Below, in pieces: positions 9,590 to 18,989 of a stretch of 64,000 bases of DNA. Origin of the DNA: Candidatus Multivoradales bacterium. GTDB taxonomy: Bacteria > Acidobacteriota > Thermoanaerobaculia > Multivoradales > J023. The notes beneath the pieces were generated by a model, which saw only the letters and a list, made by a program, of their open reading frames with translations, did not search any database and was not told where the DNA came from. How positions within the stretch are numbered: position 1 is the first letter of the stretch; every line of letters begins with the position of its first letter. The stretch lies in contig CBDFLE010000006.1 in assembly GCA_965248925.1 (NCBI GenBank), positions 256,001 through 320,000 on the forward strand, written 5' to 3'. The position numbers and the translations under genes were made by a program.

Positions 9590-12500
9590 TCACAAACCGT
9601 ACCTGCGGCAAAGCTCTAGAAAGCTTCTATCACTCCATTTCTTGTCTGTTAGTCTCGCGACAATTGGTTCTGCTTCGACCAGCCGCCCAAGGTGGATCAG
9701 AACCTTCGCATACAAGTCCAACAAGCGAGTCTCTTCAGAGTTACGGACTACCGGCTCCAAGCACGCTAAACTACGTAACCAGGAACGTCTGGCTAGACCC
9801 ATTTCCTCCTCGCCCGCTGCTGAAGTTCCCAAGCCAAGATATCCCCATGCCAGCATCCTAAGAACACGGCGATCCTCAGGATATTTCAACAAAAGTCCCT
9901 CCATACTACTTACGACACTCTGAAAGAGTGTGCCAGCTCTTTCAAACTTCTCTTTACGGACAAACACCTCCCCCAATCCAATCCGACACCGTGCGACGGC
10001 GGTATGGTCCAGCCCGAAATAACTCTCCCTGATCTCCAATGCTCTGCGATAGTACTCTTCCGCAAGTTCCAACCGCTCCGTCGCCAAATACACAGCTGCT
10101 AGATTGCTCAAGGGAGAGGCAACGAAAACGCTCGAAGAGCCAAGGGTCTCTACAAATATCTCATGCGCCCTCTCATAAAGCGGCTCAGCCCGGTCGTATT
10201 TACCTAAGAGAAAGTACGTTGATCCAAGATTACTGAGGTTGTGCGCGACGTCCTCATGAGTCCAACCAAGAATACTCACCCGCGTATCTAGAGCCAAGGT
10301 AAGCAACGCAATGGCACGTTCAGAGTTTCCACGCGAGCTTTGGATGAAAGACAGGCCCTCTAGAACAGTAGCGGCTCTTGGATTCTTCTTACCCAGTGTG
10401 GTCTCAAAACTGTGGAGCGCACGACCATAGAGAACCTCAGCCCTGTCAAGACGTTCCTGTTGAGAATAGAGCACAGCAAGATTGTGGAGGCTCGCACCCA
10501 GTTCAGCGTTACCCCCACCGTTTCCCACTTCGGAATCCGCGAGAATCCGTTGATAGAGTTCCTCTGCGAGGTCGTCATCGCCCGCCGAAGAGTAGATCTG
10601 GGCGAGCGTATGCAACAAGTCATAAATAGCGGGATGTTCCGGTTCGAGATAGCTCTCGCGGATACTCAGAGCTCTTTGGCAAAAGCTCATGGCATGTTCG
10701 ATATCACCTGCCTGTAAATAGAGGCTCGCCAACATACCTATAGGCACAGCAAGATCCAAATGACCTCTGCCTAGTGATCTCTCACCAATCCCAATGGCTT
10801 TGAGATACTGCACCTTCGCTTCTCCGATCTTCCCTTTCTCAGCCAGAAGAACGCCTCTGCCAGTACGCAATTTCATCTCCACTATTGGAGACTCGACAGC
10901 TCGCGCCATGGCTTCAAAGCCCTTCGAGAAGAGCTCTTCAGAACGCTGATACTGCCCAAGAAGTCGCTGGAGATCTGCAAAATGCCCGAGCGTGGGAGCC
11001 AACAAGCCGTCGCTAGGAGAGACTCTCTCTTGAATCTCGATCGAACTCTCGAATAGCGACTCTGCCTCGGAATACTCGCCCTTCTCTTGCTTCAGCACTG
11101 CTAACTGGAAGAGGCTAATGGCCACCTCAGAACTATCCGGGCCAAACACCTGCCGGCGCTCTTGCAGAGCCTCCCCTAAAAGCAACTGAGCTCTCTCATG
11201 CAATCCCAGCTTTCGCAAAATGACACCAAGGGTGGTATTCAGCTCCGATCGCCTAATTGGATCCTCTCGAAATGCATGTTTCACATCCATCGCCGCCCGC
11301 TCGACCAACTCGCGAGCAGAGACTGTTCCATCTCGAGCCACAGAAGGGTCGGCTCGGTCGAACAGATGGACTAAAAACAGATTGACCGTCTTGCGCGCGG
11401 CAGCTTCCGACCGAGCGTCGTTAAGTGCCGACCGGGTGGTAATAACAAAGAAAACAACCGAGAGTGAAAAAGCAAGAGCTACCACGGCGCCACGCATATT
11501 CCTCAGCACAAATTTACTAACTCGGTACGGCCAACTCGGATCCCGGGACGACACAGGGTAACCATCCAAGTGCGAACGAATATCACCAGCCATACTTTCA
11601 GCGGAGCCATAGCGCCGCGCTGGATCTTCCTCCAAAGCCTTGAGCACAACACTTTCCAGTTCTCCCCATATCGAGCCGAAACGCCAAGCAGCCAATCGCT
11701 GGACAGGGAGACTGCCAGAAACTGCCTCAAGTGAACCGACCCGCTCAGAAGAATCGCATTCATTCCAAACAGCTTTGCAGAAGTGAGGATCTCGGTACGC
11801 CAATAGCTCGAGAAGAACAACTCCAAGCGAGTAGACATCACTAGTAGTTGTAATCGGCTTGCAATGAATCTGCTCTGGACTAGCATAACTCGACGTCAAG
11901 GGATACGCGCGGGACGACTGGTGCGGACGCGCGGCGTCGTCTATCATCCTTGCAACACCGAAATCTAAGATCTTAGGATCCCCATGCTCCGTCACAAGAA
12001 TATTACTTGGCTTGAGGTCGCCATGAACAATCAAGTTTTGATGAAGGAAGTGGACGGCGGAGCACACTCGACAGAAGAGCTCGAGTATCTGACGTCGTGT
12101 TCGAGTCGAATCAGAACAGTAATCCTTTATTGAAACCCCATCCACATGCTCCATAACCAGGTAAGGCCTGTAATCCGCAGCAACACCCCCATCAATAAGC
12201 CTTGCAATAAAAGGATGCTCAATGCCAGCCAATATCTGACGCTCCTGGAGGAATCGGCGGATCAAAGACGCATCGACGGCTCTCGTATTGACAATCTTGA
12301 CCGCCACTGTCTTCTCAAAGGTTCCATCCTGCCTGGTGGCTTGATAAACAATACCCATTCCTCCCCTACCGATCTCTCTCTCAATCCTATAGGGCCCGAG
12401 ATCCTTAGGTGCTTCCGAAGAACTACCATCGGACAGATCAGGCATCCACTCGACCGCAAGCTCATCATGAGCGATGAGCGATTCGACATCCAAGCGCAAT

Positions 12501-12607
12501 TGAGCACAGTCGGTGGCCTGAGCAAGAAATGCCAGTCTATCCCCGGAAGACATCTCCCGAGCCCTGAAGAAGAGTTCCCTCGCTTCGCTCCATCTGCCGC
12601 CAGTCAC
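9590..12607 (-). CDS. Ser/Thr protein kinase with transmembrane helix and TPR repeats
   Basis: GRGGMG, VAVK, HGDLKPSN, DFG motifs followed by TPRs; GTG start overlaps the sigma-factor stop. Confidence 0.9.
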   Translation of the reverse strand: MTGGRWSEARELFFRAREMSSGDRLAFLAQATDCAQLRLDVESLIAHDELAVEWMPDLSDGSSSEAPKDLGPYRIEREIGRGGMGIVYQATRQDGTFEKTVAVKIVNTRAVDASLIRRFLQERQILAGIEHPFIARLIDGGVAADYRPYLVMEHVDGVSIKDYCSDSTRTRRQILELFCRVCSAVHFLHQNLIVHGDLKPSNILVTEHGDPKILDFGVARMIDDAARPHQSSRAYPLTSSYASPEQIHCKPITTTSDVYSLGVVLLELLAYRDPHFCKAVWNECDSSERVGSLEAVSGSLPVQRLAAWRFGSIWGELESVVLKALEEDPARRYGSAESMAGDIRSHLDGYPVSSRDPSWPYRVSKFVLRNMRGAVVALAFSLSVVFFVITTRSALNDARSEAAARKTVNLFLVHLFDRADPSVARDGTVSARELVERAAMDVKHAFREDPIRRSELNTTLGVILRKLGLHERAQLLLGEALQERRQVFGPDSSEVAISLFQLAVLKQEKGEYSEAESLFESSIEIQERVSPSDGLLAPTLGHFADLQRLLGQYQRSEELFSKGFEAMARAVESPIVEMKLRTGRGVLLAEKGKIGEAKVQYLKAIGIGERSLGRGHLDLAVPIGMLASLYLQAGDIEHAMSFCQRALSIRESYLEPEHPAIYDLLHTLAQIYSSAGDDDLAEELYQRILADSEVGNGGGNAELGASLHNLAVLYSQQERLDRAEVLYGRALHSFETTLGKKNPRAATVLEGLSFIQSSRGNSERAIALLTLALDTRVSILGWTHEDVAHNLSNLGSTYFLLGKYDRAEPLYERAHEIFVETLGSSSVFVASPLSNLAAVYLATERLELAEEYYRRALEIRESYFGLDHTAVARCRIGLGEVFVRKEKFERAGTLFQSVVSSMEGLLLKYPEDRRVLRMLAWGYLGLGTSAAGEEEMGLARRSWLRSLACLEPVVRNSEETRLLDLYAKVLIHLGRLVEAEPIVARLTDKKWSDRSFLELCRRYGL

Positions 12608-13170
12608 CGACGATCTCCAAACAGTTCTCTGTGGAGAAATGCTCGCGCTAACGACCAATCCCGCTTGACCGTCGCAGCTGAAATCTGAAGAACCCCACAG
12701 AGTTCTCTCACGGTAAACCCCGCCAAAAATCGCAAGACCACCACTTTGCATAAACGCGAATCTACTTCCTCCAGACGCCCTAGAGCTTGCGCCAGCTCCA
12801 ACAAGTCGATACTAATAGGATCGGCAGGCAACTCGATTCCCGAGAACGATATCTTATACACATTCCCACCACGTTTCATCGACCCACGACTGCGAGCATG
12901 GTCGACTAATATTTCATACATCTTTACGGCTGCAGCAGCGAAGAATTCCGTCCGGTTCCTCCAAGAGACAGATTTCTCTCCCAGAAACCGAATGCAGGCT
13001 TCGTTTACCAGTGCTGTCGGCTGCAGAGTGTGGCCTGGGCGCTCCCGGCCGAACATCCTCTTGGCGCTCTTTCGTAGATCTTCGTACACCGCGGAAAACA
13101 ACTGATCACGCGCACCTTCATTTCCTTGACGCCACTGCTGAAGTAGTCTCGTTATATTGTTGTCATTCAC
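12604..13170 (-). CDS. ECF sigma factor, kinase-associated TIGR02999-like
   Basis: HTLQPTALVNEA and TVKRDWSLARAFL motifs. Confidence 0.9.
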   Translation of the reverse strand: MNDNNITRLLQQWRQGNEGARDQLFSAVYEDLRKSAKRMFGRERPGHTLQPTALVNEACIRFLGEKSVSWRNRTEFFAAAAVKMYEILVDHARSRGSMKRGGNVYKISFSGIELPADPISIDLLELAQALGRLEEVDSRLCKVVVLRFLAGFTVRELCGVLQISAATVKRDWSLARAFLHRELFGDRR

Positions 13171-14025
13171 TTCGATTTCTCTCCTGCCTTGCTCGAGAAC
13201 TCAGCGACATCAGCGAACCGCATCCCGGGCGAGAGTGCAACTTGCCCAGATCCCGAGTTCGCGGCAATCCACTTGACTAGAGATCTGCTAAGAATCTCAC
13301 ACTAAGTACTACTTTCCTTCCAAAACGCGTTCGACGGCTGAGAAGACTGGAGATATCGAAATCCACCCAGAGCGAGTGTGTCCACCTCGATTGTCCGCAC
13401 GGCCGAGACTATTCGCAATCAAAATCACTATGCCATTCTAGGGCCTTACTGTCAACAGCCTCTGCGATGCTCTTCACCTCATACTGAGCTGTCGGCTGGG
13501 ACTGGTAGCCCATTGAAGCCGTAGATTTTCTACGCAGGGAACCAATATTGAGGGTGACGATTCAGAATCTTCGTGAGGAGTGAGCCCTTTTCTTGGCAGT
13601 CTGCGCACACATCCTGTAGAGGCTAGGTATCGGACTAGCGAAGAGGGAGGGCCCCTGAACTCTGTGCGGGAAGATTTTGCTAGCTAGTCTGAACACAGAA
13701 GAGGGCGTCCTGCTGGCCACATTGAGACCCAAGTGGGAGGAGGAGTGCATTTTCGCAGATGAAAAGCCGATAAAGGGGCGCTCACAGAACCTCGCAGGCA
13801 CGCTGCGGCCAGGCCCGGCTCTCGACCGTCACCGGTTGGAAGAAAAGCTCGTGCTCGGGAGCCTGATGGCGTTTCACACGGTTGGGAGTCGAAAATGGTT
13901 GGAGGTTGCGAATGGAACGCAGAATTCAGTAGGTGACGAGCGCTCCCATGCGATACAGCTCACACCACGTCGATAGTCCAACGCCACGGCCCACTCAAAC
14001 TCGAACTATCAGAGAAGGAGGATCT

Positions 14026-14412
14026 ATGCGCGCACTACACTTGGGAACATGGCTATTCGTGATGGCGTTCCCGTGCTTTGGTGAGAACCTACGACCGGAG
14101 GAGGTCAGTTCCTCGGACACTCCTCTTTTTGAGGAGAGGGCTCGCCCGGCAGCAAGCGATTCGGACGCAGCCAAGATGCGGGGGAGTCTTGAACTATGCC
14201 GCTCCGTGATCGCCGCCGGCGGCGAGGCGGTCGCTTCTCCCTACCGCCTGGAATCCGTGATGACCCTGAGCGAAGCTGGGCCTATCGGCGGCGGCCGCTA
14301 TCGCTTGGATGTGGGGTTCTTTGCCCTCGAAACACCCTTTGGCATCTTCTCCGACGGCTTCGAGAGCGGCAACACCTCTCGCTGGACCCTAACCATCGCA
14401 TCCCCTCGCTGA
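14026..14412 (+). CDS. Small secreted protein with C-terminal IFSDGFESG tail
   Basis: RBS GAAGGAGG, signal peptide, C-terminal IFSDGFESGNTSRW. Confidence 0.65.
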   Translation: MRALHLGTWLFVMAFPCFGENLRPEEVSSSDTPLFEERARPAASDSDAAKMRGSLELCRSVIAAGGEAVASPYRLESVMTLSEAGPIGGGRYRLDVGFFALETPFGIFSDGFESGNTSRWTLTIASPR

Positions 14413-14422
14413 GGAGGTCACT

Positions 14423-15847
14423 ATGATCAAGTGGAAACAGACCCTGTTCTTCGTACTCGTCGTTGCGTTCTTGACCTCTACGGTTGCTGGTGTTCAAGTC
14501 GGCACTTCATTCACCTATCAAGGCAAGCTTCACGACGCGGGCCAGGCGGCCAATGGAGCCTACGATTTCGAGCTGGCGGTGTACGACGACCCTGGTTCTG
14601 CGAGTCCCCTGGAGACTCTCTCCTTCTGTTCCGTAGATCTCCGGGACGGGATATTTACCCTGAACGTCGACTTTGGGCCGGTGTTTGACGGCGAGCGAAG
14701 ATGGTTGGAAGTGGGAGTGACGCTGGCCGGGGACTGCGACGGCTCTACGATCTACACTTTCCTTGATCCGCGACAGGAGATCACCGCGTCGCCCCACTCC
14801 GTGTGGACAATAGAGGCGCTCAACGCCGAGCGGCTCGACGGCCTCGACTCAACTGCGTTTCTTCGGTCCACCGGCACCGCGGTAGCCGAGAATATTGTCC
14901 TGACGGGTACACTGATGCTCGATCCTGGCGCCGCCCTGATATTTTCAGACGGCAGTGTTCAGACCACTGCGGCGTTCCCGTTGGGTCCGACTGTGACCCA
15001 TCCTGAGATCCACCTGCCGGCTTTCCTGACCTGCGGAGACGCGGCCGAAAACGATCCGGCCCAGTGGGCGCCCCTGGCGATTGGCACCTTCCGTTTGCCC
15101 TTGGACGGTTCTTTCTTCGACATCCCCACGAATTTTGCTGGCATCGATGTCGGTCAAGGAATGGGGAGCGTTGCCGCACGCATCCAAACTGCGATACGAG
15201 CAGTCACGGGTGGACAGGAAACTGTGATCTGGAACGGACGCTTCATTATCCACTCCGTCTTAGCGACCTCACAGAGCAGTATCGCACCCTTGGAGTCCAC
15301 TGGCTTCCCGGTGGACATTTCCGGCGCTGGCAGCAGCGCTTGGATGGATTGCGAAACTGGCCGCGGAACGCCGAAGGAAGCCGTCTTGAACCTGCCAGTC
15401 TACGAAGGGCATGTACCTCTGCTTGACGAGAACGGCCAGCTAGACGCCAACTTCCGACCTCCAGCCATCAGGATTGGCGTAGATTCTTTCAATCCAATTT
15501 CTCTTGCTAGCGCAAAGACCGTGGTTCACAATCTAGGGCGAATTCCGAGCCGGATCCGCATCTGGTGGCACGTCGATAGCCTTGTCAGCTCCAACCGCCT
15601 TCTGGGGGAAGGGGTCTACGACGGCTCTTCATATGCCACACTAACAAATGTCGTTGCTAGCACCTTTGGCAATACGCAGACGACCGTAATGAGTACTACC
15701 TCAATGATCATTGTTGGCAAGTCTCAGTTCTCTAACGGTGGTTGGAGCGCGGTCATTGGTGAGAATTCGGAAAACCACTTCCGAATCGACATCGTCCAAT
15801 TCGATGGTCTTAGTAATTCGATCGACTTCGGCTGGGAGGTGCAGTAG
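14423..15847 (+). CDS. Secreted protein with FTYQG N-terminal domain (surface or fibre-like)
   Basis: RBS GAGGAGG, signal peptide, FTYQGKL, VFDGERRWLEVGV and LDPRQEIT segments. Confidence 0.65.
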   Translation: MIKWKQTLFFVLVVAFLTSTVAGVQVGTSFTYQGKLHDAGQAANGAYDFELAVYDDPGSASPLETLSFCSVDLRDGIFTLNVDFGPVFDGERRWLEVGVTLAGDCDGSTIYTFLDPRQEITASPHSVWTIEALNAERLDGLDSTAFLRSTGTAVAENIVLTGTLMLDPGAALIFSDGSVQTTAAFPLGPTVTHPEIHLPAFLTCGDAAENDPAQWAPLAIGTFRLPLDGSFFDIPTNFAGIDVGQGMGSVAARIQTAIRAVTGGQETVIWNGRFIIHSVLATSQSSIAPLESTGFPVDISGAGSSAWMDCETGRGTPKEAVLNLPVYEGHVPLLDENGQLDANFRPPAIRIGVDSFNPISLASAKTVVHNLGRIPSRIRIWWHVDSLVSSNRLLGEGVYDGSSYATLTNVVASTFGNTQTTVMSTTSMIIVGKSQFSNGGWSAVIGENSENHFRIDIVQFDGLSNSIDFGWEVQ

Positions 15848-15920
15848 ACCGGGATCAGATCCAACCGCTGGGCGCCGGAGAACTGCGCCCGGATGTTGAA
15901 TCCCTTCGAGCTAGCCTGAG

Positions 15921-17789
15921 TCACTCGACGCAGACATCGACGTTGGGCGAGAAGCCAAAGTCGGCACCGGCGTTGTTGGCGCAGGTCAGGCCGGTGGCGC
16001 ATTGGCTGTCGTCGTCGCAATCGCCCTGCCCGGCGGCGCACGGCCCACAGTCGCGGCAGTAGTGGCCATGGCCCAACGGCCAGGGACACACTGCTGGCGG
16101 TGGTGGTGGCGGGCCGTCGCCAGCGACGCAGACGTCAATGTTGGCGTTGAAGCCGAACTGCGCGCCAATGTCGTTGCTGCAAGTCAAACCAGCCCCGCAC
16201 TGCGCGTCGCCATCGCAATCACCCTGGCCGGCCGGGCAAGGGCCGCAATCGCGGCAGTAGTGGCCGTGACCGAGGGGCCAGGGACAGGAGGGTGGCGGTT
16301 CGCCGCCGCCAACCATGCATACGTCAACGTTGGCGTTGAAACCAAACTGTGTGCCGACGTTGTCCACGCAGCTCAGGCCAGTGGCGCATTGGGCGTCGTT
16401 GTCGCAATCACCCTGGCCCGCGGCACAGGGGCCGCAGTCGCGACAGAAGCTGCCGTGCCCCGGAGGCAGACCGCAGCTGGTCGGCCCGGCAGACTCCAGG
16501 TTGTGCCGCAGCACGAAAAGACCGCGGTTGATGTCGCTGACCAGCACGATGCCGCTGTCGGCGATGGGAAAGGCGCTCCAGGCACCGCTGAAATTGGCGC
16601 TGTCGCCCTCGGGATGAGTGTCGAAAAAGGCCACCTCGCTCAATCGCCCCTGACGGATCGGTGCCAGGCTGAGGATCCGCAACCCGCCCATGTAGTTGGC
16701 CTGGTAAGTGTGATCGCCTTGGACGTACTGGTTGTGATCGATCGACGGTCGACCCGCCTGGATGTAGACCTGCGGCGGCGGCGGCGCGTCGAGATCCGAG
16801 AGATCCCAGATGTAAGTTGTGGTCTCGTGGCCGAATCGCTGCTCGTCGAGTTCGTCATCTTGGAGAAAAAAGGCGTGGTCGCCGGTCAAGGAGCCTTGGT
16901 GGACGTAGGCCCGGCCCGCGTAGTCGGTGCGCGACAGCATCCGCGGCGCCGTCTTGTTGGACACATCGACAATGGTCAGGCTGTCGGTGTTGGAGGCAAA
17001 GCAAATCTCGCGCCCCTGATGCTCGGCGTCTGGACCGCGATAGGTCACGCATTCCACGTCGTGGGTGTAGCCATCGTCGGCAAAGCAGCCGACAAACTGC
17101 GGCGACCGCGGTTGGCGGATGTCGATCATGTAGATACCGCCAGCGCAGGTCTCAGGCTCTGTGCCCACGGCGAAGGCAAAACCGGTGTCGGCATTGATCG
17201 CCAAGTTGTGGGCCCGGCGAAAGCCGGCGTGATGGGCGTCTTCGGTGAACTCGCGCGGCGCCGCATTGACGTTGCGCAGGCGGCGCAGGTCGAACACCTG
17301 CATGCCGTGCTCACCGGCAAAATCGGCAACGACAAAGGCATGATCGCGGTAGACCTTGATGTCGCGCCACGCGGAATCCACATCGTGGGTGGCCAAATTG
17401 CCGACGTAGATCGGACTCTCCGGAGCGCTGACATCGACAAAGGAGACGCCGTTCGAGCGCCCGACCAAGGCGTAGTCCTTGCCCGTCTGCGGATCCCGCC
17501 AGCTCCACATGTCGTTGCCAGTGCCACCGCCGATTTCGGCCAGCTGAAGAAACGACACCAAATCGACATTGCGGCAAGGGAAGATATCCGCCATCCCTCC
17601 CTGACAGCTAACCGGCGCGGCCAGGCTGTAGGCGATCTTCGCCATCGCGTCGTGTCCATGGGCGAGGATCGACATCTGCGACGGCGACAGATACTTCTGA
17701 TGCTGCAACATGTCGGGAATGTGGCAGGGGTAGGCGGACAGCGTCCACAGCAACGAAACCAGAACCAGCCAGTAGGTGCGACGCTTCAT
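15921..17789 (-). CDS. Choice-of-anchor-B-like secreted beta-propeller protein with three C-terminal Cys-rich repeats
   Basis: WRDIKVY, YTHDVEC, DDELDE and SIDHNQY motifs; CRDCGPCxxGQGDCD occurs three times. Confidence 0.8.
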   Translation of the reverse strand: MKRRTYWLVLVSLLWTLSAYPCHIPDMLQHQKYLSPSQMSILAHGHDAMAKIAYSLAAPVSCQGGMADIFPCRNVDLVSFLQLAEIGGGTGNDMWSWRDPQTGKDYALVGRSNGVSFVDVSAPESPIYVGNLATHDVDSAWRDIKVYRDHAFVVADFAGEHGMQVFDLRRLRNVNAAPREFTEDAHHAGFRRAHNLAINADTGFAFAVGTEPETCAGGIYMIDIRQPRSPQFVGCFADDGYTHDVECVTYRGPDAEHQGREICFASNTDSLTIVDVSNKTAPRMLSRTDYAGRAYVHQGSLTGDHAFFLQDDELDEQRFGHETTTYIWDLSDLDAPPPPQVYIQAGRPSIDHNQYVQGDHTYQANYMGGLRILSLAPIRQGRLSEVAFFDTHPEGDSANFSGAWSAFPIADSGIVLVSDINRGLFVLRHNLESAGPTSCGLPPGHGSFCRDCGPCAAGQGDCDNDAQCATGLSCVDNVGTQFGFNANVDVCMVGGGEPPPSCPWPLGHGHYCRDCGPCPAGQGDCDGDAQCGAGLTCSNDIGAQFGFNANIDVCVAGDGPPPPPPAVCPWPLGHGHYCRDCGPCAAGQGDCDDDSQCATGLTCANNAGADFGFSPNVDVCVE

Positions 17790-18004
17790 CGGGACCTCCA
17801 AAGCGCTTGCGCGCGTAGTACACACACCATAGTAAACGACCAAGTCGCCCAACCACATCCCTGGGACGGATCGCCAGCTGGCGGTGACAAGACTCCGGCT
17901 ACCGTCCAGCCTCGCTTCACGGCCCGATGCTAGAGTCAGTCCACCCTACTTCGACTCGAGATTCCGCTGTCACCAAGCTCATCAGCAGACAAGGATTCAG
18001 TTTG

Positions 18005-18895
18005 ATGAAGATCCTCACCACCCCCGAAGAACGCTTCCAAAATCTGCCCGACTACCCCTTCGAGCCTCACTACGTCGAGATCGCCGACGGCTTGCGGATG
18101 CACTACGTCGACCAAGGGCCGCGAGACAGCGAGCCGATCTTGATGCTCCATGGCGAACCCTCATGGTCGTACCTCTACCGCTTCATGATCCCGCCCTGCG
18201 CCGAGCAACGACGGGTAATTGCCCCGGATCTGATCGGCTTCGGCAAATCGTCCAAGCCAGCGGCGGTGAGCGACTACTCCTATCAACTGCATTTGGACTG
18301 GATGGTCGCCTTCATCGAGCGCCTCGACCTACGGCGTATCACCCTCTTCTGCCAGGACTGGGGAGCGTTGATCGGCCTGCGTTTGGCGGCCGAGCAGGAG
18401 CATCGCTTCGCCCGCATCGTGGTCGGCAACGGCAGCTTGCCCAGCGGCGATCAAGCGCTGCCCGGAGCGTTCAAGATCTGGCGCGCCTTCGCCCTCTATT
18501 CGCCGTGGTTCCCGATCGGCCGGATCCTCAACCTGGGAAGCCGCCGCCAGCTCAGCTCGGCGGAGCGCCGGGCCTATGACGCCCCCTTCCCCAGCAAAGC
18601 CTACAAGGCCGGCGCGCGGGCCTTCCCCGCCCTGGTGCCGACCTCACCCGATAACCCGGCCAGCACCGCCAACCGGCGCGCCTGGAACTATCTGGGAAAC
18701 TGGCGAAAGCCCTTTCTGACCACCTTCTCCAGCGGCGACCCGATCAACCGAGGGGTCGACAAGATCTTGCAGCGGCACATCCCCGGTGCCCAACAGCGCG
18801 ATCATCTCAGGGTGCGCGGCGGCCACTTCCTGCAAGAAGATTCCCCGACCCAGCTGGCGCAGGCGATCTTGCAGTTGATCGAAGAAACTGCCTGA
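18005..18895 (+). CDS. Haloalkane dehalogenase family alpha/beta hydrolase
   Basis: HGEPSWSYLYR, QDWG nucleophile motif, GGHFLQED. Confidence 0.9.
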   Translation: MKILTTPEERFQNLPDYPFEPHYVEIADGLRMHYVDQGPRDSEPILMLHGEPSWSYLYRFMIPPCAEQRRVIAPDLIGFGKSSKPAAVSDYSYQLHLDWMVAFIERLDLRRITLFCQDWGALIGLRLAAEQEHRFARIVVGNGSLPSGDQALPGAFKIWRAFALYSPWFPIGRILNLGSRRQLSSAERRAYDAPFPSKAYKAGARAFPALVPTSPDNPASTANRRAWNYLGNWRKPFLTTFSSGDPINRGVDKILQRHIPGAQQRDHLRVRGGHFLQEDSPTQLAQAILQLIEETA

Positions 18896-18989
18896 AGTAC
18901 TTGATCGCTGCCCCTAGCAGCACAAAGGTAAGGAGCCGGGCGCTCTAAACACCCGACTCCAGAGGGACTAGGACGCTGATCCGGGGAGG

